A stretch of DNA of 64,000 nt from Eledone cirrhosa (taxonomy: Eukaryota): assembly GCA_964016885.1 (NCBI GenBank), contig OZ024743.1, forward strand, positions 108,686,001 to 108,750,000. Reading direction: 5' to 3'. Shown piece after piece: positions 47,914-63,187 of this stretch. Position numbers and translations under genes: made by a program. The number at the start of each line of letters is the position of its first letter. Position 1 is the stretch's first letter. Under the pieces are notes generated by a model, which searched no databases, was not told the DNA's origin, and saw only the letters and a program-made list of their open reading frames with translations.

Positions 47914-47957
<44 letters not shown>

Positions 47958-48319
47958 AGAGAGTATTAAAGTTTGCTTGAAGCATTGTGGAATAATAGGT
48001 AAATATCTTTAAGTCGTTTGGTAGCCTCGACAATGCAAATGGGTACATCTCCTGGTAACAAGATCCGGTGGTGGAGAGAGAGATGTAAGTGGGTGTACGT
48101 TGAGATGCGTGGTGTGTATAGGACGTGTAGAAGAATGAAGGAAAGAGTATAAAGGATAAAATAAAAATAAGAACACGAGAGAGAGATACCTTGGGAGATA
48201 TTTAATTGTCCCTATATATTTCGGATTTACAACCATCAACTGGGGTATTTTTCCGGGGTAGGGGAAAGGTTGTCTGTCGGAAAGGAGCGAAACGCGTCCT
48301 CTGCTGTTTGCTGTTTTGA

Positions 48320-49833
<1,514 letters not shown>

Positions 49834-49940
49834 TTATAAACATATATATATATATGTATATATACATATATATATATTAGTTTACTCCAGAATTAGCCGT
49901 CGAAACGGCTTGAGCTCAGCCGTCGGGGTCCTACTCGTTC

Positions 49941-50015
<75 letters not shown>

Positions 50016-50082
50016 TATATATATATTTCGTTTCTGAATGTGTTTAGCAAGATTCTTTATGTGAAAACGTGTGTTGGAACCG

Positions 50083-51139
<1,057 letters not shown>

Positions 51140-51142
51140 ATT

Positions 51143-51269
<127 letters not shown>

Positions 51270-51457
51270 TATATATATATATATTTATTATATATATATA
51301 TATTTATTATATATATATATTTATATATATATATATATATATATATTTATTATATATATATATATTTATTATATATATATATATTTTTTATTATATATAT
51401 ATTTATATATACATATATTTATATATATATAAATATTTATATGTATATATATATATT

Positions 51458-51493
<36 letters not shown>

Positions 51494-51576
51494 GTGTGTG
51501 TATAATGGTAGCTATGGTGCTCCCATAGGCGGTATGCCAACATTAGCACTCAATATTCATACAGAGCAGAGTTTGA

Positions 51577-51817
51577 ATAGTATAAAAAAACGAAAAATCA
51601 GTGATACATCTGGACTCAGTTTATTGCGTGTTACAATTCTTTCGCCGTGTGAGAATATTTGTTCCGAAATAATTGCCTGTGTCCGAAGGAACCTGCAGCC
51701 GTAGAATCAGCCGGATCCTTACAGTGATCATTTCTCGAGCTACATGCTCGCGAAGCAATTGTAACACGCAATAAACAAAGTCCAGATGCATCAATGATTT
51801 TTCGTTTTTTATACTAT
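51577..51817 (+). mobile_element. Fold-back insert (~68 bp arms) with degenerate hammerhead
   Basis: 51577-51645 is inverted at 51750-51817. TGTGT-CCGAAGG...GAAGC-AATT-GTA-ACACG at 51678-51768. Confidence 0.75.
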
Positions 51818-51860
51818 ATACATTTATATATATATATACATTTATATATATATATACATT

Positions 51861-51915
<55 letters not shown>

Positions 51916-51986
51916 GTGTGTGTGTATATATATTTATATATATGTATATATACATGTATATATTTATATTTATATATATATATATT

Positions 51987-52043
<57 letters not shown>

Positions 52044-52116
52044 GTGTGTGTATATATTTATATATATGTATATATAAATATATATATTTATATATATATA
52101 TATTTATATATATATA

Positions 52117-52170
<54 letters not shown>

Positions 52171-52264
52171 CATATATTTATATATATATATATATTTATA
52201 TATACATATATTTATATATATATATGTATTTATATATATATATACTTATATATATATATATATT

Positions 52265-52347
<83 letters not shown>

Positions 52348-52701
52348 GTATTTATATATATATATATATATATATAAATTTATATATATATACATTTATA
52401 AACACATATATATATATATTTATATATTTATAAATCTATATTTATAAATCTATATGTATATATATATATATATATACATACATATATTATATACATACAT
52501 ATTTATATATATACATATATATATTTATATATAGACATATATATATATATTCATATATATATACATATATATATATGTATTCAAATGTAATATATATATA
52601 CAAATGTAAATATTTATATATATATATATTTATATATATATATATATTCATATATACATATGTATGTATATATATATATATATATATATATTCATATATA
52701 C

Positions 52702-52772
<71 letters not shown>

Positions 52773-52824
52773 TATATACATATGTATGTATATATACATA
52801 TGTATGTATATATACATATGTATG

Positions 52825-52877
<53 letters not shown>

Positions 52878-52953
52878 TTATACACATATATAAATATATA
52901 TTATAATAAAATAACAGAAGGCTGGACTTGTGTAAATCGTTGAAAGGTTTATT

Positions 52954-53011
52954 ATACTATGATGATTTCAATGACCGGGTTCCGTATGATTCAGGTGATA
53001 TCATCAGGTAT
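52954..53011 (-). ncRNA. Type I hammerhead motif, mirror copy
   Basis: Minus strand: ATAC-CTGATGA-TATCACCTG...CCGGTCATT-GAAAT-CATC-ATA-GTAT. Confidence 0.62.
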
Positions 53012-53220
53012 TCGAAATATAATAAATGAATGTAACAGATAAAATCCATGGGGCTGAAAATCATAGACCCCAAGACGACCGACCATCTAGCATATTCCAC
53101 TTTAGCCGGTCGCCCTCAAGTGCTCCCCATTCGGCCTACTTAAGGCTATCTGGTCGTCCTCGGGTCTATGAGTTTCAGCCCCATGGATTTTATATGTTAC
53201 ATTCACATATTATATTTCGA

Positions 53221-53346
53221 CTGAGTTCATATCCCGCCGATGTTAACTTTGCCTTTCATCCTTACGGGGTCGATAAAATAAAGTACCAGTAATATAACTG
53301 TGTAATTGCTGGCCTTGTGCCAAAAGTAGAAGCAATTATATTTCGA
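53221..53346 (+). mobile_element. 5'-truncated SINE family 1 with 12 bp target-site duplication
   Basis: ATTATATTTCGA occurs at 53209-53220 and 53335-53346, but only once in the mirror arm. Confidence 0.92.
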
Positions 53347-53404
53347 ATACCTGATGATATCACTGGATTCATACGGAACCCGGTCATTGAAATTATCATA
53401 GTAT
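53347..53404 (+). ncRNA. Type I hammerhead motif
   Basis: ATAC-CTGATGA-TATCACTGG...CCGGTCATT-GAAAT-TATC-ATA-GTAT. Intact core, 4 bp stem I, imperfect stem II, AUA cleavage triplet. Confidence 0.65.
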
Positions 53405-53589
53405 AATAAACCTTTCAAGGATTTACACAAGTCCAGCCTCCTCTTATTTTATTATAATATTTAACTCCGTACTCGCACCACCGACTACACAAACGACGAC
53501 GGTTGAGCTGCTTTACATTGAGTACTCTCCATATTATTGCATCAAGATTGACCATACAGAATTGTCCAGTGGTGAACCTTCAAACATAA

Positions 53590-53650
<61 letters not shown>

Positions 53651-53731
53651 TAGGAATAGCCAAAGAGTACTTAGAGATACATATTTATATATATATATAT
53701 ATACATAGACTTATATATATATATATATATA

Positions 53732-53858
53732 TATGAAGGGTGGCACAAAAGTCGCGATACATAAAAAAAAATTAATTATGTTTCATAAGAAACAACTTAT
53801 TCAAAATAAATATATATGAAAACTTAAAATGTCCTACGTATTGCAACTGTTGGGCCAT

Positions 53859-53865
<7 letters not shown>
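53732..53865. mobile_element. Possible decayed Tc1/mariner-type MITE in (TA)n
   Basis: Left end TATGAAGGGTGGCACAAAAGTCGCGATACATA. The reverse complement of the right end is TATACAATATGGCCCAACAGTTGCAATACGTA, giving imperfect ~30 bp TIRs between TA runs. Confidence 0.45.
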
Positions 53866-53911
<46 letters not shown>

Positions 53912-53919
<8 letters not shown>

Positions 53920-54288
53920 GTGAGGTTTTTTTTACAAAATGTAAAATAACCGAGGTGTCCTACACGAGTGAAAGTATAAAGAAAAAGAGATGAAATCGAA
54001 AATGCAACTGGAGTCTTATTTTTAAAAACTATATATATATTTATTTGGTTCCTTTACCGGTTTCGCAGTTCTTCTGCTTTTCAAAAGGTGAGTTGAGATG
54101 GAGGTTCTGTGGATTTTCTCACATCTGTGGTTTTTCTCACATCAGATGTTAGAAAAACCACAGACCCTCCATCTCAACTCACCTTTTGAAAAGAAGAAGA
54201 ACTGCGAAACCGGTAAAGGAACCAAATAAATATATATATTTTAAAAAAAAACAAGACTCCAGTTGCATTTTCGATTTCATCTCTTTTT

Positions 54289-54295
<7 letters not shown>
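53912..54295 (-). mobile_element. Fold-back insert (~160 bp arms), PLE 3'-end family related to the Neptune-like element, with a hammerhead-like motif
   Basis: 53975-54143 is inverted at 54145-54295. Minus strand 54051-54088 reads CCTT-TTGAAAA-GCAG-AAGAA-CTGC-GAAAC-CG-GTA-AAGG. Confidence 0.88.
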
Positions 54296-54335
<40 letters not shown>

Positions 54336-54886
54336 TCTCCAAATAAAATTGTTTCCATCTTTCCATCGTAACTACGATGTGTAGTTTGCAACAAATGGCA
54401 GCATGTAGTTGGATTTGAGCCCAGGACACATAAATCAGGATGTTTAATAATTTTGCCCATCCAACGCTGCTTGCCAGGGTCTGGTACTGTAATTAACGAA
54501 CCGCAATGTGGGTGAAAGACAAAATTCGTTTTGACAACATACGCACTTATAACGCAGACAACTGTGAAAAAATATATACGATTAAAACACATCTATATTA
54601 CATATAATTTCAAAAATATAAAACACCAAGAATTGCAGCAACTACAACAAAAGTAAAACCAAATGCAAAATTTCAAGTTATATCATCATATAATTCTTAT
54701 TAGGTGTAACACTAATTTATTCATTCATATATCACTTAGATATGACAAACAACATTCTTTCTTTTCTTTAACAGCACAAAACTTCTCTGGCCAAGCTGAC
54801 CTGTAGCAGAGTCAAGTAATCGGCTAAATATAACAGCTGCACTCATTTCTATTGTATTATAATATATATCTATATCTATCTATCTA

Positions 54887-54932
<46 letters not shown>

Positions 54933-54980
54933 TTTATAAAAGTAAGTATGTTTTGCAACAGTGAGCGAGTTTGAATTTAG

Positions 54981-55226
54981 AAATATAAGCTTTCAACGTA
55001 TTTTTGACTAAATCAATTTTTAGCCTGATAGTGGGGTTTAGTACCCTCGGAGAAATGGGAAAAGTTGAGTATTGATGTACATGGGAGTTGAACCCACATC
55101 TTTGGTTATCCAAAGATGTGGGTTCGACTCCCATGTACTCAACTTTTCCCATTTCTCTGAGGGTACTAAACCCCACTATCAGGCTAAAAATTGATTTAGT
55201 CAAAAATACGGTGAAAGCTTATATTT
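54981..55226. repeat. Fold-back insert (~120 bp arms, 4 nt loop) with a tRNA T-arm-like motif at the apex
   Basis: 54981-55105 is inverted at 55110-55226. CAAAGATGTGGGTTCGACTCCCA at 55111-55133. Confidence 0.9.
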
Positions 55227-56289
55227 TAATTTTAATTTTAATTTTAATATATATATACATATAATGTCTCTCCAACTGGCAGGAGCATGGCCTAAGGTAC
55301 CTATAATTCATAGAAACAGACATATCCCACAATATGTGACACGATATCACTCTGACAAAGTAATTTAGAGTGCACATGTCTGTAGAATTGGCAGCGTCTT
55401 TAGTATCCCAAGAAAAGTTTTTGTTATACTTGCTTTTTTGACTTAGAGTTGTCAGCTTTACCTTTCAATCTTCATGGGTTGATAAAAGTACAAGCCAAGT
55501 AGTGGGGATCTTGAAATTACTGGCATTGTACATAGTTTAGAATTTAAATTCATATTAGACATGTTCGGGCAAATGGCGGCAACAGGTTTGGTAGAATGGC
55601 CAGATCTTCGAACACAAATGAAGTACAGCCTTTTTACCTTCAAATCTTGCATATGTGGTCATTGCAATCAGTCTTTCTAACTTCGATGAAATAATATACC
55701 AATCACTTGCTGGGGTGGTGGGGTTCGATTCAATTTACTACTCCCTCCTTTCAATGTGTGACCTTATGGCTATGTTATATAACATTATTGCAGAAGGAAA
55801 CACTGAGTTCCAAGCCAAAAAAAAACAAAAAAAAAACAAAACAAAAAAAAAAAAAAATTAATTCTATTTGTTGGAATAGCAAGAAAATTAAACAAAAACT
55901 TGCAAAACAATATTTGCAAAATATCTAATAAAGCGAAAATAGAGCCTCACCACTATATGAAAAACAGAAAAAATATTTAACATGAAAAAAAAAAGACATC
56001 AATAAGAAAATATGTTGTTAATGATATCATTACGATTATTAGTATTTTTTTCTGCTACCATTATCCTTGTTGTGATAATTGTTGTTCTTTACTGTCAGCG
56101 GCTATATTTTAATTTTTTTAAAGTTATTTTTTAAGTCTTTTTCAAGATTACGTACACACTTCAAAATCTTTATGCTGTCTGTAAATTATTCTGCCTTTTA
56201 AAAATGAAATGAAACTTTATATATGTACATGTTAACATATGCTTTCTATTTTATTTTAATAAATTTAAATTTACTTTTTTTCGTTTGTT

Positions 56290-56368
56290 TTCTTCTTCTT
56301 CTTCTTCTTCTTCTTCTTCTTCTTCTTCTTCTTCTTCTTCTTCTTCTTCTTCTTCTTCTTCTTCTTCT
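56290..56368. repeat. (TTC)n microsatellite
   Basis: Direct inspection. Confidence 0.97.
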
Positions 56369-57209
56369 CATCTCTCCTTAAGTACTTTCAAGTTTTTTCT
56401 CACTAATATTATGTGAAATACAATAACAAATTGTAACAATGTTCTATTACTTTTTTCCTAAATATAAGTTGAAGGAAACAGACGCGAAACACATTTATAC
56501 ATAAATACATTTACTATAATTTCATTCTATTTCTTTCAGTAAATATTATTTGAAACCAAGGAAGTATAGATTTTCAATGTTATATACACAGATTTAAGTA
56601 ATGTTGCAAGAAATGACGAAAAGAATAAAAGAATTAAAAAAAAAAAAAATCGTCAAATATATTTTATTTTAATAGATAGCAATGAAGAAACAGCATGAAC
56701 AGTAACAACACCAGCACCAACAACATATAATGTAAACATATATATTAATGGTAGAAGCAGTAGTAGAGGTGGTAATTGTTGTTATTTTGTTAGTTGACGG
56801 AATGGTGATATGTATGATGATAATGAGTAGGATGTTCATGGAAAAATAATGTATGGGAGATAGGAGATGAATTCGCGTACTGACACCGTTTGTTTGCGGA
56901 ATATATAAATACTAAGGGATTACAGATAAAATTAAACACAGTTCAAAAATTCAGTTCTTTTACTTTTCATTCACAAGGGAAAATCTCTTATGTACACCAT
57001 ACAAATCCGTTATCGTTTAGAGAAAGTGGATCATTCATTATCTGTCCTCACAGGGTTACGGACAACCCAACAAACAATTCAATTGTATTTTCATTAAGCT
57101 GCATATAAACATATACATGCTATGTAAAGGAAAATCGTCATTCATCATTGCAACTCTGATAGAAAACTGGGAACTGTCAATTACATTAATATGAGATTAA
57201 TCCATTTAA

Positions 57210-57800
57210 TTACTTCTCAAAAGGAATTTTAACGCATAAACAATTCCTTAAAAAATCGACAAACAGGCTCAAACAAAACCATTCCAGATACTGTTTTAAA
57301 TCTTCATAGAAAATAGGAATTTCATACCTCTCAACACATGGAATTGGGAATGCAAAGTAAGTATCAATCAAACTTTGTGATCGAACGAAAGAGAGATGAG
57401 ATGGTTCGGAGAGAGAATAGAGTAGGGCGGATTTTTGATGTGAATTGTATGACGCTCTAAATGTACTTTTGATGTTAATTGTAATACTAACAAGAGTGAA
57501 CACTGGGAAAATGGTATACTGTCTTTGATTAAGCCCTCTGCACTCTGCGTTCATACTGCAACGAGATCAACTATTCCTTTTTATCGTTTCGGTGGACAAT
57601 GCATAAGGTCCAAAATGATAGAAAAGCGAAATTGTTATTGGACGTAATTACTGCTGGTATGCTCCTGCTCTGTCCATTATGTATTTAAACGGAAGCTCTG
57701 TCACTCCAAAACATGGGTCCCTCGGGACCAGAAAAAGACAGTAATAAGCTTGGGAGTCCTTAACAAGTGTTTCAGCTTGTCGATCTCAGATGCAGCACAC
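57210..57800 (-). pseudogene. Possible ancient mariner-type transposase remnant
   Basis: Pieces ITVFFWSRG (cf. mariner 'TVFWD..G'), LLYSLSEPSHLSFVRS (cf. 'PPYSPDLAPSDF.LFRS') and LKQYLEWF..L.VDFLRN appear in the expected order. Very decayed. Confidence 0.3.
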
Positions 57801-59284
57801 CAGCAGCTGACAAAAAATTACAAGGTCGATTTTTAGTCCTGTGCATTCTATGTCTCCCCCTTTCTATCTCTCATGCAATCCCTCTCTTAGCATTCAATTT
57901 ATTATTCATGTATCAATGAGGCCGTCACATATAACAGCAGCACATTGGATCAATTGCATTGAATACTAACGTTTTAAAAATGTTATTTGTCAAACACGAT
58001 TTTTTCTTTCAAAAGAGGAATTTTAATTTGTTCTCTTTTATTTTGAAGCTCATAGAGATGACATTTTATTTCATTTGCGTGCATAATTCAGATGTTTAAA
58101 GTATTTTCATCAATGACTATCGTTTCCGGTCTCTTGTGATTCTTAGGTATTCAAATTATTAAAAACAAAATAGCATCATTAAATTATAAGATACAAGGAT
58201 AATTTTATCAATTATGTTATGATGTTACAATTCTCCTAGTTATTCCAATAAGTCCCAAACGTATATACAAAAGAAAAGATAAAAATGTGTATGTTTATGT
58301 GTATGCGTGATTGTATGCATGTCTATGCATTTGTGCAGGGCTGTCTGTGTGTGTGTGTTTGATTAGTCGGGAGGCCTTGATTTCAGAGAAGTAAATTCAA
58401 TTAATGTGACTAATTGATTACTAGTCTTTGTCTACGATAAAAAACACACCTACGTAGATGTAATAAAGAAACTCTAAGAGATGCCATGATATATTAGAAC
58501 TAAATGTTTCAAATCACACTGTATATAAGTCTATATAATTCCACGTTTTAACATGCTCTTATTTAGACTTTTCTTGGAAAGAAGACGGGTTAATAAAACT
58601 GAATTATTTCGATCCTAGGTCATCTTGTTTGAATGCACAATTTACATGGCAGTATACATAATAAATGAAACCTATCTAATTGCTAACAATTTGTTTTCAG
58701 TTCAAATCAACTCAACGTGCACTACATAGTATATCAATACAATGTGAAATTTTATATTAAATTCTGAAAATTCATTGGCATCTACCTAATTTATTACGAT
58801 CAGCTTTGAGTTCATATCAATTCAAATACACATTTTAAGTGTTAATACTTGTAAGAAAATGTGCTAATTTCACTGGATACAAGTCCTCCTAATCTTACAT
58901 AAAGGCAGCGAGAAATTATTATCCAATCCATAGTGAATACTTTAGAGGTTTGAGAGTGTTAACCAATCAATGTTTCCGACCGAGTATTGTACCCCAGTGG
59001 ACCTAGCTTTCTATTCGAGTGTTTCCACTAACGTATCGTTTGTGTTTACCACCAGCTACAAATGCTCTCTCTCTCTTTCTCTCTCTCTCTCACATACTCT
59101 CTCGCTCCCTCTCTCATTATCTCTCTCTTTTTCACAGCAGACTCACACATATAAACGCACATATAGGTAGCTATATATATGTGTATCTATGTATGAATGT
59201 CTATATATATATATATAGACATTCATTCATATATATATATATATATGTGTGTGTGCGTATATATATATATGTATATATATGTGT

Positions 59285-59336
<52 letters not shown>

Positions 59337-59372
59337 GTGTATACATATATATATATATATATATATATGTGT

Positions 59373-59414
<42 letters not shown>

Positions 59415-59443
59415 ATACATATATATATATATATGTGTGTGTG

Positions 59444-59474
<31 letters not shown>

Positions 59475-59563
59475 GTTCATATATATATATATATATATAT
59501 GTATATGTTCATATATATATATATATATATGTATATGTTCATATATATATATATATATGTTCA

Positions 59564-59594
<31 letters not shown>

Positions 59595-59595
59595 G

Positions 59596-59632
<37 letters not shown>

Positions 59633-59787
59633 GTTCATATATATATATATATATATGTATATGTTCATATATATATATATATATATTTTTTTTACGATCG
59701 ACTTTCGTCAAATCGGACCGAGGGAACAATGTTTCCGTTGGTCTTTCCAATTGCTAATACTATCTATCGGTCGCAACTCCAGGTAGA

Positions 59788-59908
59788 AGGAGCAACGTGA
59801 AATAAAGTGTCTTGCTCAAGGACATAACGCATCGCCTGGTCCAGGAATCGAGCTCACAACCTTACGATTGCGAATCCAATTCTCTAACCACTCAGCCACA
59901 CGCCTTCA
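59788..59908 (-). mobile_element. tRNA-derived SINE 5' part, family 2
   Basis: Minus strand GAAGGCGTGTGGCTGAGTGGTTAGAG (A box) ...GAGCTCGATTCC (B box) ...TGTCCTTGAGCAAGACACTTTATTTCACGTTGCTCC. A decayed relative lies at ~29550-29660. Confidence 0.82.
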
Positions 59909-60098
59909 CTAATATATATATGTTTATGTTTATATACATATATATGTATATATATGTATATGTTTATATATATATATATATATGTATTTATATATATATA
60001 TATATATATAAATACATATATATATATATAAACATATACATATATATATACATATATATGTATATAAACATATATGTATATATATATGTATATATGTA

Positions 60099-60129
<31 letters not shown>

Positions 60130-60166
60130 ATATGTATATATATATATATGTATATATGTATATATG

Positions 60167-60201
<35 letters not shown>

Positions 60202-60274
60202 GTATATATGTATATATATATGTATATATATATATGTATATATGTATATATGTATATATATATATGTATATATG

Positions 60275-60347
<73 letters not shown>

Positions 60348-60504
60348 GTATATATATATGAATGTATGTATATATATATATATGTATATATGTATATATA
60401 TATGAATGTATGTATATATATATATATGAATGTATGTATATATATATATATGTGTATATATATATATATGAATTTATGTATATATATATATATATGTGTA
60501 TATC

Positions 60505-60829
60505 GCTGTAAATGTGGCCGTGTAGGCAACACGGTAAAAACCTCCCAGCCCCACACTGTAAATGTGGTTGGTGTTAGGAAGGGCATCCAGCTGTAGAAAA
60601 CCCGCCAGACAGTCCACGCTGTAATGTGGCCGTGTAGGCAACACGGTAAACACCTCCCAGCCCCACACTGTAAATGTGGTTGCTGTTAGGAAGGGCATCC
60701 AACTGTAGAAAACCCGCCAGACAGTCCTATGCGAGCAAGACAACCACTCTTGCCTCAAGTGGGAAAACCCCCGTCCAAACCCATGCAAGCGTGGAACACG
60801 GACGCTAAACCTGATGATGATGATGATGA
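60505..60829 (+). mobile_element. SINE 3' part with internal ~112 bp tandem duplication and (GAT)n tail
   Basis: Units 60505-60616 and 60617-60726 each contain GGTTG.TGTTAGGAAGGGCATCCA.CTGTAGAAAA. The element ends GGACGCTAAAC-CT(GAT)n. Confidence 0.75.
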
Positions 60830-60842
60830 ATGTATGTATATA

Positions 60843-60890
<48 letters not shown>

Positions 60891-61008
60891 TGTATGTATA
60901 TATATATATATGTGTATTTATATATATATATATATATATATGAATGTATGTATATATATATATATGTGTATTTATATATATATATATATATATAAATATG
61001 TGTGTATT

Positions 61009-61158
<150 letters not shown>

Positions 61159-61169
61159 CATATATATAC

Positions 61170-61200
<31 letters not shown>

Positions 61201-61201
61201 C

Positions 61202-61249
<48 letters not shown>

Positions 61250-61252
<3 letters not shown>

Positions 61253-61386
61253 AAAACAAATAACGAAACGAAATTAAATTTCGTTTCGTTTGTAACTCAC
61301 TTTTGTATGACTGACGCTTAAACAAGCGTCAGTCATACAAAGTCATACGAAACGAAATTTTATTTCGTTTCGTTATTTGTTTTTAT
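61250..61386. repeat. Fold-back insert with internal mini-palindromes
   Basis: 61250-61289 is inverted at 61347-61386. Inner stem TTTGTATGACTGACGCTT-AAAC-AAGCGTCAGTCATACAAA. Confidence 0.9.
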
Positions 61387-61512
61387 CGTCTCCGCTGAAC
61401 CGGTACGTACTCACGCTCTACGCAAATTAGTCTGCCCACTACTAATTTTCATAGAAAAAGCATATAACGATATGTGCTTTTACGATTCTCTAGAAAGGCC
61501 GGAAGATAGGTA

Positions 61513-61557
61513 AATATTGCTGATGAGATGTAACAACATCGAAACTAGTCCAATATT
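61513..61557 (+). ncRNA. Perfect minimal type I hammerhead ribozyme
   Basis: AATATTG-CTGATGA-GATGT-AACA-ACATC-GAAAC-TA-GTC-CAATATT. 7 bp stem I, full CUGAUGA/GAAA core, 5 bp stem II, palindromic ACTAGT stem III, GUC cleavage site after 61550. Confidence 0.9.
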
Positions 61558-61792
61558 CCTTGTCTGGCTTTCTGGAGAATAGAGGAAAGGTGTTTCCTCG
61601 AAAACCAGTATGACTCTAAAAACCGGTTTGTCTGTGTATTTACATACAGAATAGCTGGACACTCACAGTAAAGTGTCCAGTGAAAAACTCGGTACATCTA
61701 CATATGTACACGTGTGTGTATTCATATGCATACTAGTATTTCAGTATACATATGTGGATGTACATTTTTAACTTAATTGTATATATATATAC

Positions 61793-62052
<260 letters not shown>

Positions 62053-62054
62053 GT

Positions 62055-62206
<152 letters not shown>

Positions 62207-62265
62207 GTATATATATATGTATATATATATATATGTATATGTATATATATATATGTATGTATATG

Positions 62266-62302
<37 letters not shown>

Positions 62303-62335
62303 GTATATATATATGTATATGTATATATATATATG

Positions 62336-62398
<63 letters not shown>

Positions 62399-62417
62399 GT
62401 ATATGTATATATATATG

Positions 62418-62500
<83 letters not shown>

Positions 62501-62535
62501 GTATATATATATATGTATATATATATGTATATATG

Positions 62536-62618
<83 letters not shown>

Positions 62619-62625
62619 GTATATG

Positions 62626-62686
<61 letters not shown>

Positions 62687-62711
62687 GTATATATATATGT
62701 ATATATATATG

Positions 62712-62745
<34 letters not shown>

Positions 62746-62763
62746 AATACACACATATTTATG

Positions 62764-63046
<283 letters not shown>

Positions 63047-63059
63047 GTGTATATATATG

Positions 63060-63093
<34 letters not shown>

Positions 63094-63105
63094 AATACAC
63101 ATATT

Positions 63106-63139
<34 letters not shown>

Positions 63140-63151
63140 AATACACATATT

Positions 63152-63187
<36 letters not shown>

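Larger units (their letters stand above)
52897..53461. mobile_element. Fold-back insert (~185 bp arms) with a hammerhead in each arm and a nested SINE
   Basis: Left arm 52897-53080. Right arm 53152-53220 plus 53347-53461. Confidence 0.9.

Noticed and set aside
48286-48303. GAGC-GAAAC-GC-GTC-CTC, a hammerhead 3' half (a similar half, GAAAC-ATCT-GTC, lies at ~35420)
   Set aside because: No matching CUGANGA 5' half was found upstream, so it cannot be called.
55111-55135. tRNA gene
   Set aside because: Only a T-arm-like piece is present. There is no acceptor stem, D arm or anticodon arm.
60811-60829. CTGATGA at the start of the (GAT)n run
   Set aside because: It is part of a SINE (GAT)n tail, with no GAAA half or stems.
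61570-61612. Possible second hammerhead (GAGGAAA-GGTG-TTTCCTC-GAAAAC-CA-GTA) next to the intact one
   Set aside because: The stem is good, but there is no correctly spaced CUGANGA and no stem I partner. At best a decayed remnant.
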